A DNA stretch of 35,002 nucleotides from Octopus bimaculoides (taxonomy: Eukaryota), in contig NC_069002.1 in assembly GCF_001194135.2 (NCBI RefSeq), positions 32,763,105-32,798,106 on the forward strand, written 5' to 3'. This document shows positions 1 through 11,987 of the stretch, piece by piece. A model generated the notes under the pieces. It did no database searches. It worked only from the letters and a program-made list of their open reading frames with translations, and had not been told where the DNA came from. Every line of letters begins with the position of its first letter. Position 1 is the first letter of the stretch. A program made the translations under genes and the position numbers.

Positions 1-60
1 ATATATATATATATATATATATATATAAGCATATATAAATGTATATATGTATATACATAC
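1..60. repeat. (AT)n microsatellite
   Basis: Direct reading: (AT)14 followed by degenerate AT/AC repeats. Confidence 0.95.
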
Positions 61-75
61 TCACTCACTCAATGA

Positions 76-180
76 ATTGACTTGTTTATTTCTCGTCGTC
101 AAGAAGATGGAATGCAAAATCGACCTAGTCAGCGTTTGAACTCGGATCGCAGGGACTGAGATGATATACTGCACATATTG
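76..180 (-). mobile_element. Old, diverged SINE fragment related to family A
   Basis: gatggaatgcaaaatcgacctagtcagcgtttgaactcggatcgc aligns loosely with gataaaaggcaatgtcgacctccgcggaatttgaaatcagaacg at 16648-16691. Confidence 0.5.
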
Positions 181-499
181 TATCTGATAATTAATGGCTC
201 TTATAATTCTTCGCTGTTATATAATAGACTTAGTACAGTAATTCTTTCGGTTCGTTTTTCAGAGCTGTTCAGAGATCATGTCTGCAAAACTCTCGTTCTT
301 TCACGACCAAATTGAAATTAACATGTAGGGGGTCAACCACGGCGTACGGTCTTCAACAAAGGATACATTGGATAATGCATTCCTGCATATAAATAAGACG
401 ATGTGAAAATAGAGCGATGTGCTCACGGCAGTCGTGTATTCGATATTAATCTTAGTTCTGTTTTGTGCGAGGAATGTCTCGAGGCGAAATGATAATGAA

Positions 500-780
500 A
501 AGCAACAGATATATCACTGAAAATAACGATAAAACTTACAACAATGACAAAAGCAACAGCAACGAAAAGAGTAAGTTCAATAACAACAACAACAGCATTA
601 ATTTTAGGAATAATAATGGTATCAACGACGTTAAACACGCAGCGTGAGGATAAAGAACAACGCCATCCACAGAGCGACATCTACAGCAGCGACAACATTA
701 ACAATACCCTGACGTCAATAACAAGAAGATGCCCAACAATAGTAGAAACAACAGTAACAACAACAACAACAACACGCACA
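500..780. repeat. Degenerate (AAC/AGC/AAT)n low-complexity tract
   Basis: Runs of aacaac, agcaac and aataac; explains the N/T-rich ORFs at 423-840. Confidence 0.8.
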
Positions 781-982
781 CACGCACGGACACCTCCTGT
801 TGCTGATCCTCTTTCAAAATCTCTTCTATTGCTGTTGTAAAAGTCTCTAATTCTTGAAACCCGCTGCTCTAGTACTTACATCTCTTAAGTGCACTTAACT
901 AACGCTTTTCCTCGCTTCTGGTCACCGTTGTTGTATCAAATTCCCTCGTTATTTCAAAACTCAAACATACACAAAACATTCA

Positions 983-1035
983 TCTCTCTATCTCTTTCTC
1001 TTCCTCTCTCTCTTTCTCTCTCTCCCTCTCTCTAC
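983..1035. repeat. (CT)n microsatellite
   Basis: Direct reading. Confidence 0.9.
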
Positions 1036-1055
1036 CCCTCGTCCGCAATGTTGAA

Positions 1056-1206
1056 TCAAAATTTGTTTTGCAGCTCGTTTTTAGTCATTATGCTAAATCG
1101 CTCTTCTCTTGCGCATGTGCCTCCGGAATCATCTTTCTGTTCATGTTTTTCCTGCAACAATTTAACTGGAACATTAATGGCGTCAAGGTCACGGATTTTG
1201 AAGGAC
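1056..1206 (-). CDS. Candidate last coding exon (phase 2 start) of an unidentified minus-strand gene: (R)SFKIRDLDAINVPVKLLQEKHEQKDDSGGTCAREERFSIMTKNELQNKF*
   Basis: Acceptor gatttttatag|G at 1207/1206; 49 open codons of non-repetitive sequence to TGA at 1058-1056; phase matches the donor at 9874. No homology recognised. Confidence 0.4.
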
Positions 1207-1564
1207 CTATAAAAATCATGGTCTTCCCGATTCAGCGTGCAAAATAATAACGATAATAATTAATTAAATAAAAGATCTTAATTAAATACTACAAAGCATT
1301 TTGTTTGAGTCTCGAAGGATTTTGCTGTCGCATCCAAGGTTAAAAAAGTTTACAAGAATAAAACACAAAAAACATTGTAACTCTTCTTCGTTAGAAACGC
1401 ACAGACACACTTTCACACTCAAACACAAATATATACATTCACATACAAACACAGAAACACACGCACACACACAACGAACCTAAAGGGAACGCCTGTACGC
1501 GGTCCTTCAGTTTGCCAGAAATAACAGTCAAATCCGCATCAAATTCACGTCATAATTGTTGAGG

Positions 1565-2000
1565 ATGATCATCATTATTATTAACACCCACCCCCCACCA
1601 CCATCACTACCATCGACAGTCTCCTCTTCCTACTACTCTTTCTTCTTCTTCTTCTCCTCCTCCTCCTCCTCCTCCTTTCATCATCATCATCTTTAATCAT
1701 CTTTCTTCTCATCCTATCATCACCTAAACCTCCTCCACCTCCTCCTCCGCTTCCTCTGCGTTATCATCATCATCATTCCCACCACCACCACCACCATCAT
1801 CATCATCCTAATCATCCTGTGCATCATCATGATCATCATTATTCCCACCATCATCATCATCACCATCATCACCATCGTCATCTTAACCACTATCATAATC
1901 CTCCTCCTCAAGAACTACAACAAAACCAACAACAACAACAACAACAGCAACAACAACAACAACAACAGCAACAACAACAACACAAACACAAACACACAAG
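1565..2000. repeat. Compound trinucleotide tract (CAT, CAC, CTT, CTC, AAC)
   Basis: Direct reading; source of the poly-H/Q/M/N pseudo-ORFs. Confidence 0.9.
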
Positions 2001-2320
2001 CTGGTATATTACATCATATTATAGAATACATCATCTTATTACGACTTTTTACTTGATTTTGTTTTTCTTTTCTTTTCCTGTTTGTTTTGTTTTGTTTTTT
2101 TCTCCACTTCCTGTGCTATCGCCAAAATTTAAACATGGCAGAAATTATTGAGTGATTCTAAAATTGTCAGAAACCGGAAATTAATGGAACTAACATTTCT
2201 TTCGCGATGAGAATTATAGAAGACCTTTAACTAATTCTGACCCCTTTTGAAGATACATTTTGTTGTGTTTTGTTACAATAACATTGCAGGATTTCTTTGG
2301 TCGGTAATGCTACTGACAGC

Positions 2321-2321
<1 letters not shown>

Positions 2322-2395
<74 letters not shown>

Positions 2396-2434
2396 ATTAT
2401 TAATATTATATTATTATTATTATGATTATCATCA

Positions 2435-2478
<44 letters not shown>

Positions 2479-3247
2479 ATTATTATTATTATTATTATTA
2501 CTATATTATTAATATTATATTATTATTATTATTATGATTATCATCATTATTATTATTATCATTATTATTATTATTATTANNNNNNNNNNNNNNNNNNNNN
2601 NNNNNNNNNNNNNNNNNNNNNNNNNNNNNNNNNNNNNNNNNNNNNNNNNNNNNNNNNNNNNNNNNNNNNNNNNNNNNNNNNNNNNNNNNNNNNNNNNNNN
2701 NNNNNNNNNNNNNNNNNNNNNNNNNNNNNNNNNNNNNNNNNNNNNNNNNNNNNNNNNNNNNNNNNNNNNNNNNNNNNNNNNNNNNNNNNNNNNNNNNNNN
2801 NNNNNNNNNNNNNNNNNNNNNNNNNNNNNNNNNNNNNNNNNNNNNNNNNNNNNNNNNNNNNNNNNNNNNNNNNNNNNNNNNNNNNNNNNNNNNNNNNNNN
2901 NNNNNNNNNNNNNNNNNNNNNNNNNNNNNNNNNNNNNNNNNNNNNNNNNNNNNNNNNNNNNNNNNNNNNNNNNNNNNNNNNNNNNNNNNNNNNNNNNNNN
3001 NNNNNNNNNNNNNNNNNNNNNNNNNNNNNNNNNNNNNNNNNNNNNNNNNNNNNNNNNNNNNNNNNNNNNNNNNNNNNNNNNCATTATTATGATTATTATT
3101 ATTATTATTATTATTATCATTATTATTATTATTATTATTATTGTTGTTTTTGTTGTTGTTTCGGCAATACATATACAACAATTGGAACAATACAGAGATT
3201 ATTATTATTATTATTATTGCTGTCATCATCATCATCCTCATTATTGT

Positions 3248-3303
<56 letters not shown>

Positions 3304-3345
3304 GTAGTAGTAGTAGTAGTAGTATTCCTGTTGTTATTATTTTCA
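2322..3345. repeat. (TAT)n/(TAC)n/(TAG)n microsatellite complex spanning gap 2580-3081
   Basis: Direct reading. Confidence 0.95.
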
Positions 3346-3573
3346 CACAATTATTATTTTTCTAATCGATAAATATTTCGTCTTCATTACGAATCGTTGA
3401 TACTTTAAAAGAACGGAGCGTTTTAATTTAACTTTAAAAATAAATTTCACATCTTTTCAATTGATTTTCAATATGCATAACATGAAATGTATCGTATGAA
3501 CCAACTCCAATAACGCAATATATATATATATGTATATATGTATATATATTATATGCATTCTCATGTATATATG

Positions 3574-3606
<33 letters not shown>

Positions 3607-4219
3607 GTCTTTTTCACCTTCTTGAGAAAATTCATATATAGAAATCGTCCAACACGCAGCAACAGTGTATATCTATTGCCCAGGTGATTAATTAGTAATA
3701 TGAACAACTGCTCGGGATTTTGCATGGTGCATCAAAAAGCCTTCAAGTAATGTGCGATTCCTAGATCGAAACTATAATCCGTGAACTGCATAATAGCAAT
3801 AATCTGTGTTTACAAAGTCATCAGTGAAAACAAATCATAGAATAAAGACCATACACAAGACAACACTAAGGTCGGACCACCGATAATTTTGGTGGTTAAA
3901 CAATCTTAAATATTATGAACGGGATTCATGCATTAAAAACTATTCAGTCATAGGCGGAATAGAGGAGCTCTGGTGTATGTAAGTCATATAGCACTAAATC
4001 CAAAATGTCACCCGTGTATCATATTTAATGAATATACATTAACAAAGAAGCTATTAATACACATATATCTATATACTCATACATACATAATTATCTCTGT
4101 ATATATATACCTGTATGTATCCAGGTGTATATATNNNNNNNNNNNNNNNNNNNNNNNNNNNNNNNNNNNNNNNNNNNNNNNNNNNNNNNNNNNNNNNNNN
4201 NNNNNNNNNNNNNNNNNNN

Positions 4220-4259
<40 letters not shown>

Positions 4260-4291
4260 CTATATATACATACCAAATATGTGTAAATGAA

Positions 4292-4458
4292 GGCGCATGG
4301 CTTAGTGGTTAAGGTGTTGCACTCGCGATTGTGAGATCGTGTGTTCGATTCTTAGACCGGGCGTTGCGTTGTGTTCTTGAGCAAAGTACTTTATTTCGCG
4401 TTGCTCTGCGATCATTTTGACATCTCACATGTTGCACCCCGTTGCACTTGTACAGGCA
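4292..4458 (+). mobile_element. tRNA-derived SINE, family B head with CORE-like domain and a distinct 3' part
   Basis: A-box TGGCTTAGTGG 4298-4308; B-box GTTCGATTC 4343-4351; then GTGTTCTTGAGCAAAGTACTT resembling the CORE-SINE motif (TGTGACCTTGGGCAAGTCACTT). Head matches the 30.9 kb copy. The 3' boundary is approximate. Confidence 0.85.
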
Positions 4459-4811
4459 CCCATTTGCACTTTTAAAGCTTGTGTCTACACAAACATTTGA
4501 TCACTATGAACAAATCATCTGGTAGGTTGTACGGTAAGAAAATGTCGAACCCTCACACGTCGTCTAACGACAGGAGAGTGAATCATATGTGTACGAAATA
4601 TTCTGTAATTGATGAAAGCAATTATTTTGTACGAATATTTATTCATATGTATGTGTATATATATATGTGTGTGTATATGTGTGTGAGAGTATGTGTGAGT
4701 ATGCGCGTGTGTATGGTTTGTGTGTGTCTGTGTGTGTGTACTTGTATAGACACACATTCATAGACACATATATAGAGAGACAAAGGCGATCAAATATGCA
4801 CATATATACAA

Positions 4812-4864
<53 letters not shown>

Positions 4865-6097
4865 TATATACAAAAATATTTATGCACACATATATCCATA
4901 CGTATTTATATGCATGTAGCTGTGTTTACCAAATGCAATGCAATTAATGTAGCTTTAATTAGTTTGTACAAATGAGACATAATTATGTCGAAACAAATAA
5001 TAAGAGTCTAAATATTGTAGTTGAAACGAAATTAAATTAAATGCTAAGAAAAGAAACTAATATGTTGTATGTTATTTAATTAATGAGAGAGAATGAAGTT
5101 CCAGTAAGACCTCTTTCGCTCTTGCAAAGAAACTCATTCATAAATTAGAATCGAGATTACATTGCTACAGAAATTTACGCGATATCATTGAAAATACGTT
5201 TAACCAAGACACACTGTTGTAGGTTCCTTTGGAAAACGATGCAAACCTTGAACAACATATGTGTGCCCCTGTTTCGTTTTTGTTTTCTACATATATAAAT
5301 TCACACACAATAGCAATAACAAAAATATTTTCTGTGATGTTAAGCATGATGGAAGGAATGGTGCTTTGAGTTGTATTATTTAATTAAAAAAGAAAAAAAG
5401 GAACGATCGAATAATACAAGAGCTACTCGCATTAAAACGTTAAATATTCCTTTACGCAATGCACTGTGTTGTAGAAAATCTCGATAACTTCAGACTTTGG
5501 TCATTAAATGCAAAAATGAAATAACAAATCGAGAATAACAATCTTTTTTTGCACACATGCATTCGTACAAAACGACTAGAACGCGAATATTCTCCAAGAT
5601 TTGTAGCGTTACTGCAAAAATGATGCAACACCATTTTTACCAATTGAACACATACTGGAGCATTCTAAAACAATCGCTACACCTCTATGTCATTTTAAAT
5701 ATTAATCGCCTCTTCAGTTGCATTTAAATGAAATAAGAACCCTTATTAATTGTTTTAAAGAAATATTTTGTCCAATACTTTCATGTAACACGTTCCATTT
5801 AACCTATTTTCGTATTTGTGTTTTTGGTGGGAGGATTGTAAATCTTACGAAATTCATTAATATTAAAGTGGCTCTATTTAGTTCGCACTGATGATATACA
5901 TTGATGTCTAAACAGGCCTGTCTACGAATCCTAGATGCATACATCCTGTTCTTGAAACCAAAATAGATAAATTATTATGAAATTTGTAATGTTAAATTAA
6001 TAAGAGAAAGCGTATGTTCCCAGGTAGATTTCCCTCCCTTGTAAAGAAAACAAAAGAAAGGTAAACAGAAGAATTAGAACTTTATACGGAAACATAT

Positions 6098-6137
6098 TTA
6101 TACATCTTTATTCTTTATTATACATCTTTATTCTTTT
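6098..6137 (+). repeat. 20-bp direct tandem duplication (ttatacatctttattcttta/t) x2
   Basis: Direct reading, 19/20 identical. Confidence 0.9.
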
Positions 6138-7512
6138 AATTAGGAGAAAGTTTCATATACATTTACGTCTAAATGTACATAAGCATACGTATGTGTGTAT
6201 GTATATATATGTATGTATATATACAATTGATGGACGCAGATAAGATTAGGCACTAATATTAGATAACATGAATGAGATATTTATTCTCTGACAGTGCTCA
6301 TACATTCAACTGGTAGTCGGTGCTATGTATGTATGTGTATCCGAATGGAATTGGTGCGCCTCAAACATTTCCCACATTGGCAATTGTGTAAGAATCTGGG
6401 ATATGTTTTGCACGTTGAAGTTGAATGATGTCGATTATTGGAAGTTCCCATTTTAGGGAGAAATATTTTAATTGCATTTTCATAGGATACCGTCTCCCGT
6501 GGTGTAGATTAAATTAAAAGACTTCATGAACAAAGCATCCCTTTCTTATGCTACAGATCTAATAAATCTCATATGACGTGTGATGTATTGTATAATTATT
6601 TTCGCTAATGAATTGCGAAACCCAGATCGAGAACCACTTCCGCTGAGGACAAAATCCCCATATATCTATAGAATGTTTACAATATAAATAGAGATCATGT
6701 GACCTAAGTTAATTAGAATCTGATCAGACCAAGCCCGAGTTACCTAATATATTATAGTTTGTTATTCTTTTTTTTGCATTTGTTATGTTTAGCATTTTTC
6801 TTCGTTGGTTTATAATAGGAGCAAATGGAATACTCTTAATAGATGTTCAATGTCTTAATCTTTTATCTTCATCTTAGTTCAGTATTTCTACGTGACTCCA
6901 TTGCGCAATATCGAAACAAAATTAAATTTCTCTTCCGATCAATAGATATGCGTGTATTTAAAACACCAGTAGATTTCATAAACAGCAGTAATAGAAAAAT
7001 TACAAAAAAAAAAAAAATAACCTTTTGAAGAACTCATGCTATTTACATTTTCATATTTATCACAGCAGACTTTTGCTAATTATCAAACAGAATGAATGCA
7101 TTTCAATCATTTCTACAAAATAAATTTATGGCAAATTCTATTTTATGCTTCCTAACTTCATTTTGTTTTGGTGTGTTTTTCTCTTGCCATAATTGTCAAA
7201 TTCCTTGAATGCAAACTACGTATCAAAAATGTAATAATTTTAACGAAGCTTTTAAATATTTCCATCTCATTTATACACTGTTTGGAAAGTAGGTTTGTCA
7301 ACCATTAGTAAGACTGTTTTTGGTAAAAGGCATCTGGTTCAAAAGTTGATATATTCTCACAAGTGGAATGTCTGGTATTCCATGAGCTACGCTGCGATTG
7401 ATATTGGTAGATGTAGATATCAGTTACTAGATATTCGACGTTTGATTTATCTCTGATCAGAGAAATATTAGGTGTTTCTTATAACAACTTAGGACCGCTT
7501 GCACAGAATTTC

Positions 7513-7700
7513 TATCTATCAATCAATCAATCAATCAGTCAACCATCTATCTATCTATCTATCTATCTATATATCTATCTATCTATCTATCTATCTATCT
7601 GCATTATATATGTTTGCGTGTGTGTGTCTGTATGCATGGATCTATATGTGTGTGCGTGCGTGTTTTATGTATGTGTGTGTATGTGTGAGTGTGTTTAAGC
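7513..7700. repeat. (ATCA)n/(ATCT)n followed by degenerate (GT)n
   Basis: Direct reading. Confidence 0.9.
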
Positions 7701-7704
7701 TTAC

Positions 7705-7869
7705 GCTTATGACAACTTAGCAAAGGTGATGACAGTGTCGATCGAAGATATTCTTCCTCATCCGCCTCCTGCTCATTGTCTCTCATGAGAGCGGACGTGG
7801 CTGACAAGACCGATACGAGATAAACAGATCCTGTGGCACTAAGGACAATGAAAGTGACCTCGAAAACAG
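7705..7869 (-). CDS. Candidate internal exon (phase 1-1, 165 nt): VFEVTFIVLSATGSVYLVSVLSATSALMRDNEQEADEEEYLRSTLSSPLLSCHK; hydrophobic segment then acidic stretch
   Basis: Acceptor caactccctgcag|CT, donor AAGC|GTAAGC, open frame, locally higher GC. The 5' boundary is uncertain because the frame stays open to 7975. Confidence 0.3.
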
Positions 7870-7964
7870 CTGCAGGGAGTTGATGACGACGTCTCCACCT
7901 CTTTATTCCGTCCCCTGCGTTCGGTTTCAAAATGCTCAACTCCAGCATCACACAACACTCTATG

Positions 7965-8014
7965 CCGCTAAGCATTTTGTCCGGTTTACGAACGGTTCTG
8001 CTAGCTCGCCGCCT
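7965..8014 (-). mobile_element. 5' fragment of family A SINE
   Basis: Reverse complement AGGCGGCGAGCTAGCAGAACCGTTCGTAAACCGGACAAAATGCTTAGCGG matches the head at 21239-21288. Confidence 0.8.
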
Positions 8015-8435
8015 TCAGTTAATTCAATTTTGGTAAATGAAGTGTTAAAAGCTGCTTTTGGTTCTGTTCAATAAGTTCTAAGACCTACATTCTGATTTCG
8101 AATATTAACGATGTCTATTATCATAAGTTTCTTTTTATGCCAAATTTAGTGAAATATCTATGAAACAGATACATGAACAAATTCAATCGATTCTTTTGTA
8201 AGATTTTACGTTCGAATAACCATATCAATTTTATGTTCGATTTTCGTTAATTCAGTAAAATACAAAGACAACACATGCACTAATTGGCCGTTCAATCGAG
8301 TTACATACATCACATTGTACAATTTAGAATTGCGTGCCATTGCTAGGTATCGATACTGTCTCTCTGAATTTGAATGACCAACACCAAATGGTCATGAGAT
8401 ATATATACAAGTGTCAAAGAACTGCGTAACCTTAC

Positions 8436-8520
8436 TTCTCTTGTACATATTCGGCGACTTTGTTCCTAGCCAAGAAATCGATAAGTTGGAACTCATATCT
8501 CTCCGTTGATGTAAATCAGT
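8436..8520 (-). CDS. Candidate internal exon (phase 0-1, 85 nt): TDLHQRRDMSSNLSISWLGTKSPNMYKR
   Basis: Acceptor ttctttgtgattag|A, donor GAA|GTAAGG; only one frame is open and it is phase-compatible with 7869-7705. Confidence 0.25.
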
Positions 8521-9873
8521 CTAATCACAAAGAATTTAAACAACACAAAAATATTTCTCTCTCACTTCACCGTATCGAGCCAAAATAGATACTTGTCTGT
8601 GGAAAAGTTCATGCCTAATGTACAAGTCACTAAGTCCAGCTCACGTTTTTGACAGTTTCTCTCAAGTTTTCTAATATCTATATTCCCATCGCTACACCAG
8701 AATATAACAACTTTTATAATATTGATTCAACCGCAAAAATGACACTCTTCTACGTTTGACAAATAACTTTTATTAATGGAAGAAGAAGAACGAACGAACG
8801 AAACAACGCACATAATATCAGAGAATGGTTATTCCACCGCTTTCCAAACAAAACGTGGTATTGCTTTCTGGTCGAACGTTCCGTTAATTTCGTTGGATTT
8901 AAAACTCATTCTCAGAGATGTATTATTACATATAGGTGTAACACNNNNNNNNNNNNNNNNNNNNNNNNNNNNNNNNNNNNNNNNNNNNNNNNNNNNNNNN
9001 NNNNNNNNNNNNNNNNNNNNNNNNNNNNNNNNNNNNNNNNNNNNNNNNNNNNNNNNNNNNNNNNNNNNNNNNNNNNNNNNNNNNNNNNNNNNNNNNNNNN
9101 NNNNNNNNNNNNNNNNNNNNNNNNNNNNNNNNNNNNNNNNNNNNNNNNNNNNNNNNNNNNNNNNNNNNNNNNNNNNNNNNNNNNNNNNNNNNNNNNNNNN
9201 NNNNNNNNNNNNNNNNNNNNNNNNNNNNNNNNNNNNNNNNNNNNNNNNNNNNNNNNNNNNNNNNNNNNNNNNNNNNNNNNNNNNNNNNNNNNNNNNNNNN
9301 NNNNNNNNNNNNNNNNNNNNNNNNNNNNNNNNNNNNNNNNNNNNNNNNNNNNNNNNNNNNNNNNNNNNNNNNNNNNNNNNNNNNNNNNNNNNNATATGTG
9401 TATGAAAGTATTTCTTTTAAAAAGAGCTCTATTTTTAATTATCTGAACTCCCCTCAGGAGTTAAATTGCCAGCGAATTCATAAAAATAAGAGAATAGTGC
9501 CGGTGTTGGGGTGTGGGGGGAAACAAATGAAATGTAGGCAGCTTTAGGGTTTAGCAGTTTATTGACTTACATTAAAATAGGTAAGCAACAACATCGACAA
9601 CAATCAATAAATGTATTGATTTTGTTTGAAATATTCTAAAAGAATTGATTGTTTCGATTTCCCTTCATTCATCAGATACTTCGTGGCCCTAAAAAAAGCT
9701 AAGTGCATTCTTATCTTGCCTTCAGACTGGCATACCACTTTCGGTCGTTTTTCTTTATTTGTACGTTCTAATAATGGTAATCAGTATTTAAGATTCCTTT
9801 TTAGAAATGTCTAATCGATCCCAGTACGTGATGAGTACATTTGTTCTATCGAAACCCTGACGGCTGATTTTAC

Positions 9874-10030
9874 CTTGGCAGAATGTTAACTGTGCTTGTA
9901 AACAACCATTTCAAAACACTGCAAGAAATGTTTAAAGGCGCTTTTACACATTCAATAGTATCTGTAACCATTTCCATGAGAGCTTCATATCGTGCAATTC
10001 GTATAATTACATGCATGATTGCACACATTC
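9874..10030 (-). CDS. Candidate internal exon (phase 1-2, 157 nt): (G)MCAIMHVIIRIARYEALMEMVTDTIECVKAPLNISCSVLKWLFTSTVNILP(R)
   Basis: Strong acceptor tcttcatgtgtttgtatag|G and donor CCAAG|GTAAAA; exactly one frame is open across the exon and an in-frame stop follows the donor immediately. Confidence 0.5.
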
Positions 10031-10064
10031 CTATACAAACACATGAAGACACGCACCCACAAGC

Positions 10065-10175
10065 ACATACACACATACATACATACATACATACATACAT
10101 ACATGCATATATACATACATACATATATATATATATCCATACATACATACGTACATACATGCATACATACATACA
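10065..10175. repeat. (ACAT)n microsatellite
   Basis: Direct reading. Confidence 0.95.
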
Positions 10176-10551
10176 TCTGTCTAACCTAATGATATATGTG
10201 CTGTGTGTGTAGGCACATNNNNNNNNNNNNNNNNNNNNNNNNNNNNNNNNNNNNNNNNNNNNNNNNNNNNNNNNNNNNNNNNNNNNNNNNNNNNNNNNNN
10301 NNNNNNNNNNNNNNNNNNNNNNNNNNNNNNNNNNNNNNNNNNNNNNNNNNNNNNNNNNNNNNNNNNNNNNNNNNNNNNNNNNNNNNNNNNNNNNNNNNNN
10401 NNNNNNNNNNNNNNNNNNNNNNNNNNNNNNNNNNNNNNNNNNNNNNNNNNNNNNNNNNNNNNNNNNNNNNNNNNNNNNNNNNNNNNNNNNNNNNNNNNNN
10501 NNNNNNNNNNNNNNNNNNNNNNNNNNNNNNNNNNNNNNNNNNNNNNNNNNN

Positions 10552-10600
10552 CGCCGCCGCCGCCGCCGCCGCTACCACCACCACCACCACCACCACCACT
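10552..10600. repeat. (CGC)n(CAC)n trinucleotide tract at a gap edge
   Basis: Direct reading. Confidence 0.9.
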
Positions 10601-11822
10601 CCCTTCTGCTACACGTCACTCTTTGCCTCTTACTAAGCCAGTGCGTCTTCTGTCTTTCAGTCTGTGTATTTCTTTCTAAGGAGCTATTGGTTACTTTGTA
10701 ATTAGTCGCTGACATGTCTAGCTACGAAAAGTAGAATATCTCATTGCTTATAAGCAAGTAAATACACACAGGAGTGAACATGTATTTACATACTTATACA
10801 CACACACGCAAACACACGTATATATATATATATGTGCGTGTGTGTATGTGTATGTGCGCGTATGTGTGCGTGCCTGTCTATGTAGAAACAGTCATAAACA
10901 TGTGAACGAACAGCCATACAGTGAAGTAAACGTTTTCGTGAAAATATATGGTGTCGGATTTAATCAACATCAAGATGTTTTGATACATTTGGACATTTTG
11001 TCTCACTAAAAGCTCAGGTTGAAGAATATAGTGTGTGTGTAGAATGATAGATGGAAGATGTGTTCTCACCTTGAAGTAAACATTGTTTACTATGAACTCA
11101 TATAAGTATTGTGTGGCAGGAATTTATTTTATCCTAGTTATAATATTGTGGTCTGTCAGTTTTGCACACCTTCACCCGATTTCCGTTAGTGTCCGCCATA
11201 TAAGAGTTACTTACAATGACCTACTCTCTCTATAGAAGTAGTACAGTAGATTAAATGCGACGAAACTACATTGACTCAGCAGACGAGAGGTTTTTCAGTT
11301 TTCCATGCTAAATATGCCCTGTCCCATTGACGTTTCCCATTTCGTCCCGTATTTGCATACAAATACTCAATCACATGTCTGCACACACAGACTCGCATAT
11401 TTAAACATAACAATATATATAATATAATATAGGATATACATAATATAACATTAACAACAACAAATGTAAAGAATCTTAAAAAAAAAAAAAGCGAAACTAA
11501 TTTTCATATCTCAACATTCTGTAACGTGTTGTTAAATGTAAAATATGAGAAAAAATAAATTCTTCCTTCGCTTCTAAGTCAGATGTGAGGAAACCATAAA
11601 AATGATACATAATTATCATCGAAACAGGAACGGGTGAGCATATTATATGCAATTAGATAGTGACCAATACTCAAATACACACGAACATACATATATGCAT
11701 TATATATGCATGAAAGGGTCGTTTCTTTGTTGGTGGAGAGTATTGCAGAAACATTAACCGAACTGTCCCTGCTGGGCCTGGGCTATTTCCAGAAACGAGT
11801 GCCTACACCCAGGTATACTTAC

Positions 11823-11987
11823 CCCATCTCAATGCATGGGCAGGCCACGAGGAAAACACAAGTCTATACGTTCGCAGCATTAATGGAACCACAGGTAATT
11901 CCAGATCTTGGTTAACTATACGCGTATATATCTGCCAGGGAGTCCTTCCCTCCGCATTTTCAACGAGTGTTTTCTCCTTATGCTTTT
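11823..11987 (-). CDS. Candidate internal exon (phase 1-1, 165 nt): KHKEKTLVENAEGRTPWQIYTRIVNQDLELPVVPLMLRTYRLVFSSWPAHALRW(G)
   Basis: Near-consensus donor TGGG|GTAAGTAT at 11823/11822; acceptor ctgggaatttcag|AA at 11988/11987 (frame open to 12143, so the start is uncertain); phase joins 10030. Confidence 0.42.

Noticed and set aside
1490-1550. Peptide EFDADLTVISGKLKDRVQAFPL on the minus strand
   Set aside because: In-frame TGA just upstream, no acceptor and a weak donor.
1720-3372. ORFs with poly-H/Q/M/I/Y/N runs and ORFs spanning X runs
   Set aside because: Translations of trinucleotide microsatellites and N-gaps; equivalent frames are open on both strands.
5165-5643. Further minus-strand exon candidates (NATNLGEYSR..., NKNETGAHIC...)
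   Set aside because: Several alternative acceptors, donors and frames fit equally well, so none can be supported.
9640-9690. Hammerhead core CTGATGA...CGAAAC on the minus strand (9675-9651)
   Set aside because: Stem II pairs poorly and no GUH site or stems I/III can be formed; probably chance.
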